Position numbers and translations under genes: made by a program. A stretch of DNA of 32,000 bases from Pseudoalteromonas tetraodonis (GTDB lineage Bacteria; Pseudomonadota; Gammaproteobacteria; Enterobacterales; Alteromonadaceae). The DNA is taken from positions 1,260,001 through 1,292,000 of the forward strand of contig NZ_CP011041.1 in NCBI RefSeq assembly GCF_002310835.1, in the 5' to 3' direction. Numbering within the stretch: the stretch's first letter is position 1; each line of letters opens with the position of its first letter. The notes beneath the pieces are model-generated. The model did not search any database, was not told the origin of the DNA, and worked only from the letters and a program-made list of their open reading frames with translations. Positions 17,766 through 26,857 of the stretch are shown here, one piece after another.

Positions 17766-19493
17766 TCAGTGCTTAGTTGATGTCATATTTTTTATCCATA
17801 AGTTCATCTTCTCTGCAGACATTGGTTTGGCAATATAATAACCTTGCCCATGATAGCAACCCATGCCTATAAGTACTTTTTCGAGCTCTTGTGACTCTAT
17901 CCCCTCTGCAACTAGGTTATACCCAAATGCTTTACTTAGCGCCACGATACACGTAACGATGGACTTGTCTTCATGGTCTGATAGGAGCTTTTTAACAAAG
18001 CTTTGATCTATTTTTAATGTATCTAAAGGTAATTTTTTTAAGTAACTCAACGAAGCATAACCTGTACCAAAGTCGTCTAGCGCAATACTTACCCCTAAAT
18101 CGCGGCAGCCATTGAGAACGTCGACTGCTTGGTCAACGTTTCCAATTGTAGTGCTCTCTAAAATTTCCAATTCGAGGGTTTTTGGTTTTATATTATTAGT
18201 GCTGATGAGTAACTCTCTGAGGTTTTCAACAAAGCCCTCACTAAGTAAATGAGCTGGAGAGATGTTTACACTCATAGAAAGATGATTTCTTGTCCAAATT
18301 TTATGCTGTTTTAAGGCCTCAGCAAGTACCCATTCACCAATTAAAATACCAATGTGTGGATGCTCTAATGCCTCTGAAAAGTGACCAGGATAAAGTAAAC
18401 CCAAAGTAGGGTGATTCCAGCGTATTAAGGCTTCAACGCCAATCAACTGGTGATCCATCAAATTTACCTTTGGTTGATAATGTAAAATAAACTCTTTGCG
18501 AGCAATGCCTTTTTCAGCAGCCAATAATAAATCATGTTTTGCATGCCTTAGGCTTTCTTCTTCTGGATCAAAAAACAGAATTCGGTTTGTTCCTGATCTT
18601 TTTGCTTGGTACATTGTTTGATCGGCTCTGCGTAAAATGTCATCACAAGTTAAGCCATCATCACTGGGAAGTGCAACGCCGATGCTGACTGAAATTTGAA
18701 CGGAGCACGAAAACTCTGCTAATTTTATTGGGTCGTTTACCTCAATCAGCACCTCTTGTAACAGAGTCTCATATTCTTGTATCGTGTGCGCAGCCCCTCT
18801 TAATAAAAAGATAAACTCATCTCCGCCAATACGCGCGAGTGTATCTTCTTTGCGTAATGTGCTTTTTAGTCTTTGGGCAATAGTTTTCAAAACGAAGTCA
18901 CCGGTTTCGTGACCGTATTTGTCATTAATGGGTTTAAAATTATCTAAATCTAAATAGGCAACGGCGAGCTTTTGCTCAGATGTAATGGCCTGTTGGAGTT
19001 GATCAATTAAAATAGGGCGGCTTGCTAAGCCTGTTAGGCTATCGTAGTGTGCCATGTCATGAAGTTTTTTTTCTAAGTTTGCGCGTTGAATTGAGCTAGA
19101 TATAGAGTGTATCAACTGATCGCTTTTTAATTGATTTTTAAGTAAATAATCGCTTGCTCCTAGCCGCATAGCTTCTGCTGCTATTTTTTCATCTCCTAAG
19201 CCCGTGATCATAATCACAGCACAGTGGTTATTTTCAGTCTTTCTAATATTATTTAGCAGGGTAAGCCCCGATCCGATACCTAATCGGTAATCAACTATGA
19301 CACAATCAAACTCACCATGTTCAAGGTAAGACATCGAACTTTCAATAGAGGATGCCTCTGAAATTTTCGCCTGTATATTTGAGCGAGATATCATACGACG
19401 TATTTGTTCTCTATCAACCGCATCGTCATCAACAATGAGTAGGTTAATACTGTCGCAGGTTTCAAAATTATCTATTGAAGTTATCATATCCAT
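17766..19493 (-). CDS. Response regulator with REC-GGDEF-EAL architecture
   Basis: REC domain (LLIVDDDAVDREQI...DCVIVDYRLG). Intact GGDEF (ARIGGDEFIFLL). EAL motifs EALIRW, ELEILES, DDFGTGYASL, KIDQSF, AEGIES, QGYYIAKP. Confidence 0.92.
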   Translation of the reverse strand: MDMITSIDNFETCDSINLLIVDDDAVDREQIRRMISRSNIQAKISEASSIESSMSYLEHGEFDCVIVDYRLGIGSGLTLLNNIRKTENNHCAVIMITGLGDEKIAAEAMRLGASDYLLKNQLKSDQLIHSISSSIQRANLEKKLHDMAHYDSLTGLASRPILIDQLQQAITSEQKLAVAYLDLDNFKPINDKYGHETGDFVLKTIAQRLKSTLRKEDTLARIGGDEFIFLLRGAAHTIQEYETLLQEVLIEVNDPIKLAEFSCSVQISVSIGVALPSDDGLTCDDILRRADQTMYQAKRSGTNRILFFDPEEESLRHAKHDLLLAAEKGIARKEFILHYQPKVNLMDHQLIGVEALIRWNHPTLGLLYPGHFSEALEHPHIGILIGEWVLAEALKQHKIWTRNHLSMSVNISPAHLLSEGFVENLRELLISTNNIKPKTLELEILESTTIGNVDQAVDVLNGCRDLGVSIALDDFGTGYASLSYLKKLPLDTLKIDQSFVKKLLSDHEDKSIVTCIVALSKAFGYNLVAEGIESQELEKVLIGMGCYHGQGYYIAKPMSAEKMNLWIKNMTSTKH

Positions 19494-19510
19494 ATCTCTT
19501 GCAAAATGGC

Positions 19511-19933
19511 TTATTCAAGCTCAACGGCATGTATATAAGCATCCATAAGTGTCGCTAATTTGGCAAACTGCGGGCCAATTGCATGTTTAACCATGTAACC
19601 TGCTACGTTGTTATGGTACGCGCGAGTACGATCGTTATCCTCATTGGAGGTCGTGAGTATAAATACAACGGTATCGTTTAATTTTTTATCTTTACGAATA
19701 TGCTCTAAAAATTCAAACCCATTCATCACTGGCATATTCAGGTCTAACAATACTAAGTAGGGCTCTGATATTACTTTTTGTTGTGCTTTTTCTCGTAACG
19801 CATCTAACGCAAGTTTTCCATTTTGTTTCCAAATTATTTTAATTTTAGGATCCACTTTTTTTAGGCTTCTTGTTACGGCTTCCGCGGCAACATCATCGTC
19901 TTCAACAAGCAGTATAGATAGATTTTTGATCAT
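19511..19933 (-). CDS. Single-domain response regulator (REC only, Rcp1-like)
   Basis: MIKNLSILLVEDDDVAAE...LVLLDLNMPVMNGFEFL...ILTTSNEDNDRTRAY..AGYMVK. The ATG at 19933 overlaps the kinase stop (ATGA) and has an SD (aaggaaagag). Confidence 0.88.
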   Translation of the reverse strand: MIKNLSILLVEDDDVAAEAVTRSLKKVDPKIKIIWKQNGKLALDALREKAQQKVISEPYLVLLDLNMPVMNGFEFLEHIRKDKKLNDTVVFILTTSNEDNDRTRAYHNNVAGYMVKHAIGPQFAKLATLMDAYIHAVELE

Positions 19934-21411
19934 AAATTCTCTTTCCTTGCAAAGCGCGGCCACCAAACATGAAATGTAGACCCTTTTTGCGGTTCATTTG
20001 AGCTAACGGAAATGCGCCCACCATGAGCTTGTGCCAGACGCCGACTAATAGACAGCCCAATACCTGAGCCTGACTTATCGTCAGAGGTTGTTTGAAATAA
20101 ACTAAAAATACGTTCGTAAGCTTCTGGTGGTATACCGGGGCCATCATCAGTCACAGTGATATGGCAAAGCGTATTTTCTGCTACACAACGAATCTCTATA
20201 GTTCCCTCTTTACTGTCGTGATGTTTAATGGCGTTACTTAATAAATTGCGGACAACGGTTTCAAGTGGCGTCCATGCAGTGACGATAGTATCTAATTGAA
20301 CGTCTTTATGAAGCTTCATTCCAGCAGGTAAATCTAATAGTTCGGTAACGTTAGAGATTAATTTATGCATATCGATTACTTGAGTATCTAGGGTAGCTTT
20401 GCCAGCTCTTGCATAGGCCAATAAATTATCAATTAACGTCTCCATTTTATGAATACGATCATCAATACGCGTTAAGTTGTACTCTACTTCAGGCGTGGTA
20501 GTGCCTAAATCTTCTTTTATCCATTCAATTAAGTTTGAAATGCCACGCAATGGAGAGCGTAAATCATGAGAGGCCACATAGGTAAACTCTTTCAGGCTAG
20601 TGTTATTTTCTCTTAGCTCAGTTTCCATTTGTTTTCGTTCTGTTATATCTAACAACGAGACAAACACCATGTCTTCATCATTGGTGTTTATAAAAGGACT
20701 CAAGCCTACTTCAACCGGGAATTCTTTACCGTCTTTGTGTAACGCGGTTAAATCTCTACCTACTCCCATACTTCTTACACTGGGTTCACGGTGAAATGAA
20801 TGACGAAGTGCTGAGTGATGCCCTTGGTAGCGCTGCGGTAATAACATTTCCATTTTTTTATCGAGTAGCTCTATTTCACTGTAACCAAAAGATTTACATA
20901 ACGATTGATTAACCGCTTGAATAATGCCCGCTTGGTCAACTATTAACACACCATGTGGTGCAGCTTGAATAGATCGTTGAAACATATTATTAGCGCGCAG
21001 CCTTTGCGATATATCAACCAGTGTGGCTAAAACTAATTCTTGTTGTCCTTGTATTGGGTTTAAACCTATTTCAATTGGGATTTGCTTACCACTTTTTTGA
21101 CTCGCAAATAACTCACGGCCTTCACCCATTAAGCGTTTTCGAGGGTTAGCAAAAAACTGACTCATCAAGTGGGTATGATTGGCTTTAAATTGAGCTGGAA
21201 GTAAATTATCTATGTTCATCCCTATGAGTTCTGAATCCTCATAGCCCAGTATTTCAGACAGTTGATTATTGGCAAAAAGGATCTGAGCATCAGTATTAAC
21301 TACCATTGCCCCCATGGGTAAACAATTAACTAGTTGAGTTAAAAATGCTTCATCCATATTTACAGTTAAACTTGGTGAGTTAGATTTTTTATTTACTTTT
21401 TTAAGGTCCAT
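19930..21411 (-). CDS. Cytoplasmic sensor histidine kinase (PAS-PAS-HisKA-HATPase)
   Basis: Two PAS-like blocks, H-box VASHDLRSPLRGI, N-box LLSNAIKH, and G-boxes DDGPGIP / GSGIGLSISR. The start is uncertain; MDLKK at 21411 is preferred over the ORF-maximal 21477. Confidence 0.88.
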   Translation of the reverse strand: MDLKKVNKKSNSPSLTVNMDEAFLTQLVNCLPMGAMVVNTDAQILFANNQLSEILGYEDSELIGMNIDNLLPAQFKANHTHLMSQFFANPRKRLMGEGRELFASQKSGKQIPIEIGLNPIQGQQELVLATLVDISQRLRANNMFQRSIQAAPHGVLIVDQAGIIQAVNQSLCKSFGYSEIELLDKKMEMLLPQRYQGHHSALRHSFHREPSVRSMGVGRDLTALHKDGKEFPVEVGLSPFINTNDEDMVFVSLLDITERKQMETELRENNTSLKEFTYVASHDLRSPLRGISNLIEWIKEDLGTTTPEVEYNLTRIDDRIHKMETLIDNLLAYARAGKATLDTQVIDMHKLISNVTELLDLPAGMKLHKDVQLDTIVTAWTPLETVVRNLLSNAIKHHDSKEGTIEIRCVAENTLCHITVTDDGPGIPPEAYERIFSLFQTTSDDKSGSGIGLSISRRLAQAHGGRISVSSNEPQKGSTFHVWWPRFARKENL

Positions 21412-21545
21412 CAAGCATCCCGCAAGTAAATTTAGTTCCCATAATATAGTAATAGTCGAACAAGTAATGAACAGCAAATCTAGCGAAAGATCATGTTATA
21501 TAAATGCCCATTTTAATAGTTTCTTCTTATATTTTAGCGAGTCAT

Positions 21546-21872
21546 TATGGTTAAAAAAGGCACATTGATTTAGGATCGGGTTGGGGTATGTTGGTTTTAG
21601 TGCGTATTAAATATAGTTTGGGTTTAAATAACCTTACTCTTTATCGCAAAGACTTCAAAAATGCTTATCACAGTACTGCGTCTACTCAGGTGTGTTACTT
21701 GTTTCCTGTTGGTATGCTAGCGTTTGAAGATAGACTCAAATATGATGTAGCTAACAAAATGACCATGGTGAGTAATACCTTCGCTTTGCCATTACATAAA
21801 CCAACTAAAGTGATCAAACTTAAATATTTCTACCAAACGCCTATTTATGTGTGGCACTCGCTACCAAAGTAA
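21546..21872 (+). pseudogene. Decayed, N-terminally truncated paralog of the 17206..17748 methyltransferase
   Basis: Hand alignment: HIDLGSGWGMLVLV, then an in-frame deletion of about 25 codons, then KYSLGLNNLTLYRKDFKNA...FYQTPIYVWHSLPK, against IDLGSGWGTLVIAV..KYSLGLDNLTLYRKDFKNA...FYQTPIYVYHWQPK. An in-frame TAA lies at 21552-21554, and the TM helix and first ~55 codons are absent. Confidence 0.8.
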
Positions 21873-21883
21873 ACTTTGCCTGA

Positions 21884-22225
21884 AGTCTTAACACAAACGG
21901 CAGCAGCTTTGTCGCGATTTTTAATTGCGATACTTATTGGTGCAATAAGCTAATACTGCTTGAAGCTGATAAACTTTATCTCAATGCTCATAATAAAACT
22001 ATAGAATTAACAAAAGAGCTTGAGAAAAATAGAAATGCATACCGAAAGCTTGTATTCGATAATGAATCACTTAATGGAAAGATGGATTTAATTAAATCTG
22101 AAACATGTAAGCTTAATAACGTATTTAAGCTTAATACACTAAGCAATATAACTACACCAACAAAGAATGAATTGATACTAGCAATACAAAGCTTAAGAAA
22201 TATTGACAAAATATTGAAAGAGTAG
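21884..22225 (+). pseudogene. Start-less coiled-coil ORF fragment (possible gene remnant)
   Basis: The frame is open for 113 sense codons after a TGA, but the first ATG is at 22082. The sequence is Lys/Asn/Leu/Glu-rich and heptad-like (..ELTKELEKNRNAYRKLVFDNESLNGKMDLIKSE..). No family recognised. Confidence 0.25.
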
Positions 22226-22289
22226 TTTATTTGAATAGTTTGTAACCCGCACCCTGCGGGGAGGGCTATGCGTGTAAGAAAGCTCCAAA

Positions 22290-22499
22290 ATGAAACTTCT
22301 TCTCAAACGCTTTCTAACTCCCGCCGGTATCTATGGAACATTCGGTGAGCTGTATGTATAACATACGTTATTTTGTTACACCGTTGAGCTTGAGTTGAAG
22401 AAAACCATAGGGGTAAATCTTGACTTCAGACATTACGGCTATTTAGCATCTACTCATAGCTGCATATCAATGACCTCAAACCAATACATCAATAATTAA
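22290..22499 (+). pseudogene. Small ORF interrupted by an in-frame TAA (possible phage-associated DUF5675-like remnant)
   Basis: MKLLLKRFLTPAGIYGTFGELYV*HTLFCYTVELELKK... The pattern (short N-terminal K/R stretch, T.GEL, C.T.EL) recalls a small phage/bacterial family. This assignment is from memory only. Confidence 0.2.
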
Positions 22500-22702
22500 A
22501 GCAGTTACGTGCTTCTTTATTATTTGAAAAGTATTTAACTGTGGGGTCACATAATCTCAATATCTTTGAAATCATAAAAAGCAGGAAAACAGTCAATAAA
22601 TTGGTTGGTGCGATAAATGTGCGATATTTTTTATTATTAAATTAGCTAGTACGAAAGTAAAATGGTTTTTATTGGATGAAACTGAATTCTGAAGAGTTTT
22701 AA

Positions 22703-22779
22703 ATGGTCGGTATGGAGAGATTCGAACTCTCGACCCCTGCCACCCCATGACAGTGCGCTACCAAGCTGCGCCACATACC
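22703..22779 (-). tRNA. tRNA-Pro (anticodon GGG)
   Basis: Reverse complement: CGGTATG TG GCGC AGCTTGGTA GCGC A CTGTC ATGGGGT GGCAG GGGTC GAGAG TTCGAAT CTCTC CATACCG A CCA. The cloverleaf is perfect at 77 nt with an encoded CCA, and is close to E. coli proL as I recall it. Confidence 0.95.
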
Positions 22780-22896
22780 GACTTCGACTGCAATAGTACG
22801 TGTATTTTTAAAAAAATCAATAAGCATTTGTTTGTTTGGATGTTTATTGCGCAAGCGTTTAATATTAAGCGCTTGCGCCAGAAGTTTTACACGGCT

Positions 22897-23520
22897 TTAC
22901 TCTTTATTTAACCACTGGTTGATCGTGTTATACATTTCATCTCGTAGTATTGGTTGCGCAGTTTTGTTAGGGTGTAAGTTATCGTTTTGCATTAGCTCGC
23001 TTTTGCCTGCTACTTTAAGTACAAAAAACGGCATTAAATACGAGCCTGTGGCTTTGCTAACACTGGCAAAGCTATCGGTGAACATTTTACTGTAACGTGG
23101 GCCATAGTTAGGTGGAATATAAATTTCCATTAGCGCGGTTTGTGCATCTATTGCTTGGCTTTTTTCAATTAGAGCGGTCAAGTTGTCTTGCATTTTAGTA
23201 ATTGGGAAACCGCGTAGACCGTCATTAGCGCCAAGCTCTATGAGCACATGAGTTGGTTGATATTGCTCAAGCAATGCATCAAGTCTGCGCAGGGCGCCAC
23301 CAGTGGTTTCACCGCTAATACTGGCATTAACTAAATTGAGATTACGTTGCTCGGCATCGTATTTATCTTGTAACAATTGCACCCAGCCTTGTTCTTGTTT
23401 TAAGCCATAGGCTGCGCTTAAACTGTCACCAAGTATTAAAATCGTGTTGTTAGCTGCCACAGTAAGCGGGTTAATAACTAAAAATAAAATAAATACAAAA
23501 CGTAGGATTGAATGAGTCAT
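22897..23520 (-). CDS. tesA: SGNH/GDSL acyl-CoA thioesterase I / lysophospholipase L1
   Basis: Signal peptide, block I ILGDSLSAAYG, block III GANDG, block V DNLHPN. It is divergent from ybbA-ybbP as in E. coli. Confidence 0.9.
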   Translation of the reverse strand: MTHSILRFVFILFLVINPLTVAANNTILILGDSLSAAYGLKQEQGWVQLLQDKYDAEQRNLNLVNASISGETTGGALRRLDALLEQYQPTHVLIELGANDGLRGFPITKMQDNLTALIEKSQAIDAQTALMEIYIPPNYGPRYSKMFTDSFASVSKATGSYLMPFFVLKVAGKSELMQNDNLHPNKTAQPILRDEMYNTINQWLNKE

Positions 23521-24234
23521 ATGTCAGCGCTTTCTCAATTAAATATAATTCAAGTAAATGGTTTGTCTAAAGTTGTATCTACCCTTGAAGGTGAGTTGTC
23601 CATCCTCAGCGACATCAGCTTTAATGTCAAGCACGGTGAGTCTGTTGCTGTTGTTGGCACGTCGGGCTCAGGTAAATCCACTTTATTAAGTTTATTAGCA
23701 GGGCTTGATACGGCAAGCAGCGGTGAAGTAATGTTAGATGGGGAGCCGCTGCACGAATTAGACGAAGAAGCGCGGGCCGCACTCAGAGCTGCAAAAGTTG
23801 GCTTTGTGTTTCAGTCTTTTATGTTGGTACAAAGTTTAACTGCACTTGAAAACGTGATGCTACCGGCAGAGCTTGCAGGTAAAGAAGACGCCAAAGAACA
23901 AGCGCTCGCTTTGCTTGAAAAAGTAGGCTTAAGCCATCGGGTTGATCATTACCCGTCGCAGTTATCTGGTGGTGAGCAACAACGTGTTGCGATTGCCCGT
24001 GCATTTGTGGGTTCACCAAAAATATTGTTTGCCGATGAGCCATCAGCTAACTTAGATAGCAAAAATGGCCATATGATTGAGTCGTTATTATTTGATTTAA
24101 ATAAGCAAAACGGTACAACCCTCATTTTAGTCACTCACGATGAAGCCTTAGCACAAAAATGTGAACGCATTATTCAAATAGAGGCGGGGGAGCTGGTACA
24201 AAATTCAACAGAGGAAATGGCAAATGTGGGCTAA
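23512..24234 (+). CDS. ybbA: ABC transporter ATP-binding protein (YbbA/LolD-like)
   Basis: Walker A GTSGSGKST, signature LSGGEQQRVAIARA, Walker B ILFADEPS. The start is either 23512 (AGGA 4 nt upstream) or 23521. Confidence 0.9.
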   Translation: MSHMSALSQLNIIQVNGLSKVVSTLEGELSILSDISFNVKHGESVAVVGTSGSGKSTLLSLLAGLDTASSGEVMLDGEPLHELDEEARAALRAAKVGFVFQSFMLVQSLTALENVMLPAELAGKEDAKEQALALLEKVGLSHRVDHYPSQLSGGEQQRVAIARAFVGSPKILFADEPSANLDSKNGHMIESLLFDLNKQNGTTLILVTHDEALAQKCERIIQIEAGELVQNSTEEMANVG

Positions 24235-26725
24235 ATTAGCGCTTAAATTATTTTCTCGTGAGTTTCGCCGCGGTGAACTAACCGTAATAAGTGCTGCCAT
24301 TGCTTTAGCGGTATTAACCGTGCTTACTTTATCTATGGTAACTGAGCGAATTGCACAAAGTATTGCACAAAAAAGCAGTGCATTTATAGCAGCAGATCGT
24401 GTTCTTGCCAGCAATCACGCCATAGATACCGCCTTTATAACCAAAGCAGAACAACAAAACTTACAAACTGCACAAATGGTGTACTTTGACACTATGCTGT
24501 TTGCAAACGATCAAATGCAGTTTAGCTCGGTAAAGGCTGCATCAAACAGTTACCCGCTTAAAGGCCAATTGAAAGTTAAGTCGGGTTTGAATGCTCAAAC
24601 TGAGGTTGCCCCCGGTGCGCCAAGCCCTGGTAACGTATGGTTAAGTGAGTCAGTTTTTTATAGCTTAAACATAAACGTAGGCGACCAAGTTGAATTAGGT
24701 GCCGCGTTATTTAACGTTGAAAAGGTGATTGTAGAAGAACCCGACGCGCCATTTAATGTGTTCTCTAGTAGCCGTAGGGTGCTCATAAACATAGATGATG
24801 TGGCAAAAACCGAAGTAATACAGCCAGGCAGTCGTGTATTTTACCGCCAGTTATATGCAGGTGATGAAAACGACATCAATAGTTTTTACGATTGGTTAAA
24901 GCCGCAACTCAAAGAAAACCAAAACTGGTATGGTGTAAAAGACCGCCAGTCTCCTATTTCAAATAGCTTAAACAGAGCCGAAAGCTTTTTATTGTTAGCA
25001 GGTTTGCTGGGCATTATATTAGCCGCGGTTGCTATTGCAGTATCGGCTAAGCGCTATTGTGAGCGCCAATATGACCCAGTCGCAATGATGAAAACCTTAG
25101 GTGGCAGCCGCGATATGATCCGCAAAATTTACCTTATGCACTTATTAATGGTGTGTACCATGGCGGTAGTCGTTGGCCTTGCTATTGGTTACGGTTTACA
25201 AGAAGTTGCAACTGGTTACCTTGCAAAAAGCATGGGAACCGAACTGCCCATGGCAGGGTTTAAACCGTGGTTAGTGGCTATTAGCACCGGGGTTATTTGT
25301 GCGGTTATGTTTTCTATTAAGCCATTGTTAGATTTATTTGATATTCCACCACTTAGAGTGCTTCGCCGTAATTTAGGCGACCGCCTTGCGGTAAGTAAAA
25401 TCCATTTAGGGCTTAGCGCCTTAACGGTATTTTTATTAATGTGGTTATTTAGTAACAATATTAAAATTACCCTTATTTTATTTGCCTCAACGCTTGCGCT
25501 TATTTTAGTGTTGTTTTTAATTTCTAAATTAATATTTGGCGGGGGCCGAAAGCTTGGCTTAAAGCCAGGTAACAGCTGGTCGTTGGCTATTGCGTCTATT
25601 CAAAAGCGCGCCAACGTTAATGCGGTGCAGCTAATTAGTTTTTCGCTAGCGATTAAATTACTGTTGTTTTTAATTTTGCTAAAAAACGACATTATTTCGG
25701 ATTGGCAGTCTCAGTTACCAAGCGATGCACCTAATGCCTTTTTGGTTAATATTACGCAAAATGAGCTGGACCCGGTAAATGAATACTTAGCGCAAAAAGG
25801 CATTCAAGTGTCGGAGTTTTACCCAACGATTCGTGGCCGCGTGAATGCAGTAAATGGCGAAGCAGTAGCACGTGAAGTGTCATTGCAAGACAACGAGAAA
25901 AAAGACGAAGAAGCCCGCTCAGGCATTGGCCGCGAGCTTAACTTAACTTGGCTTAACGAAGTCCCCTCACAAAATGACATTATAGATGGCCAGTGGTTTG
26001 GCGATGACGCAGTAGCTGAGGCCTCACTTGAAGAGTCGATGATGAAGCGCCTTGATGTGAAAATGGGCGATACCCTCACGTTTTTAATTGGTGCGCAGTC
26101 GTTCGACGCTAAAATTACCAGTGTACGTAAAGTTAATTGGGCCACGCTTAAACCTAACTTTTTCATTATTTTAAGCCCTGATGTGTTGAGCAGCTTTCCG
26201 GCCACGTATATTTCATCAGTACGTATTGAGCCTGAGCAAAAGCGCGACTTTAGCCAGCTATTGCGAGCATACCCTACTATTACAGCGATTGATGTAGACA
26301 ACTTTGTTAAACAAATTCAATCGACTATTGAGCAAGTGTCGTTAGCTATTGGCTTTGTACTGGCTATTGTGGTGTTGTGTGGCGCGTTGGTACTTATATC
26401 GCAGGTGCAAGCAAGCTTAGGTGAGCGCATGCAAGAAATTGTAATATTGCGTACGTTAGGCGCTAAAAGCCGATTAATAAAGAATGCCACCTTGTATGAG
26501 TTTTTATTACTGGGCGGTTTAGCCGGACTGGTGGCTGCATTTTTCAGTGATATAGCACTGTTAATAGTACAGCAGCAAATGTTTGATTTGGCAGGTAAGC
26601 TGCATCCTAATATTTGGGTTATTGGCCCCGTTGCTGGTGGCGTGTTTGTAGCAGGGTTAGGCTATTTTATGATTGCCCGTACGCTTAAACAAAATACTCA
26701 AAGCTTAGTGCGCGCTTTAGCGTAA
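24224..26725 (+). CDS. ybbP: FtsX-like ABC transporter permease (YbbP)
   Basis: 833 aa with two FtsX-type TM bundles separated by a large periplasmic region. Its start overlaps the ybbA stop by 11 nt. Confidence 0.88.
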   Translation: MWAKLALKLFSREFRRGELTVISAAIALAVLTVLTLSMVTERIAQSIAQKSSAFIAADRVLASNHAIDTAFITKAEQQNLQTAQMVYFDTMLFANDQMQFSSVKAASNSYPLKGQLKVKSGLNAQTEVAPGAPSPGNVWLSESVFYSLNINVGDQVELGAALFNVEKVIVEEPDAPFNVFSSSRRVLINIDDVAKTEVIQPGSRVFYRQLYAGDENDINSFYDWLKPQLKENQNWYGVKDRQSPISNSLNRAESFLLLAGLLGIILAAVAIAVSAKRYCERQYDPVAMMKTLGGSRDMIRKIYLMHLLMVCTMAVVVGLAIGYGLQEVATGYLAKSMGTELPMAGFKPWLVAISTGVICAVMFSIKPLLDLFDIPPLRVLRRNLGDRLAVSKIHLGLSALTVFLLMWLFSNNIKITLILFASTLALILVLFLISKLIFGGGRKLGLKPGNSWSLAIASIQKRANVNAVQLISFSLAIKLLLFLILLKNDIISDWQSQLPSDAPNAFLVNITQNELDPVNEYLAQKGIQVSEFYPTIRGRVNAVNGEAVAREVSLQDNEKKDEEARSGIGRELNLTWLNEVPSQNDIIDGQWFGDDAVAEASLEESMMKRLDVKMGDTLTFLIGAQSFDAKITSVRKVNWATLKPNFFIILSPDVLSSFPATYISSVRIEPEQKRDFSQLLRAYPTITAIDVDNFVKQIQSTIEQVSLAIGFVLAIVVLCGALVLISQVQASLGERMQEIVILRTLGAKSRLIKNATLYEFLLLGGLAGLVAAFFSDIALLIVQQQMFDLAGKLHPNIWVIGPVAGGVFVAGLGYFMIARTLKQNTQSLVRALA

Positions 26726-26747
26726 ACTTTGCGGCCAAATAGCGTTT

Positions 26748-26777
26748 AAATGCCTACTTTTTAAGTAGGCATTTTTG
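26748..26777 (+). terminator. Rho-independent terminator after ybbP
   Basis: aaatgcctactt / aagtaggcattt hairpin followed by a T-run. Confidence 0.8.
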
Positions 26778-26788
26778 TTTTTGCTTTG

Positions 26789-26808
26789 TACTGGTAATTT
26801 ATACAGTG
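26789..26808. promoter_or_regulatory. LexA (SOS) box upstream of ruvC
   Basis: TACTGGTAATTTATACAGTG equals CTGG-N8-ACAG, one mismatch from the gammaproteobacterial CTGT-N8-ACAG core. It lies 50 bp upstream of the ruvC start. Confidence 0.7.
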
Positions 26809-26857
26809 CTCTGGCATTATTAGCACTATTAATAAATAACAATAATGAGAGTGCTGT

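Noticed and set aside
19902-20147. 81-aa minus-strand ORF spanning the kinase/REC junction
   Set aside because: It is in an alternative frame to the HATPase domain, which has clear G-box motifs in the main frame.
21988-22209. 73-aa minus-strand ORF in the AT-rich debris region
   Set aside because: It is a low-complexity Ser/Leu/Phe-rich translation of AT-rich DNA with no RBS. The opposite-strand frame has the more protein-like (coiled-coil) sequence.
22321-22345. Weak resemblance (cggtat...attcg) to the tRNA-Pro 3' half as a possible att repeat
   Set aside because: Only short scattered matches exist, so it is not a convincing direct repeat.
23819-26301. Antisense ORFs within ybbA and ybbP (23819..24043, 23949..24134, 24205..24414, 25216..25458, 25819..26301)
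   Set aside because: These are shadow ORFs opposite CDSs with clear ABC and FtsX motifs. The 160-aa ORF is Ser/Arg-rich.
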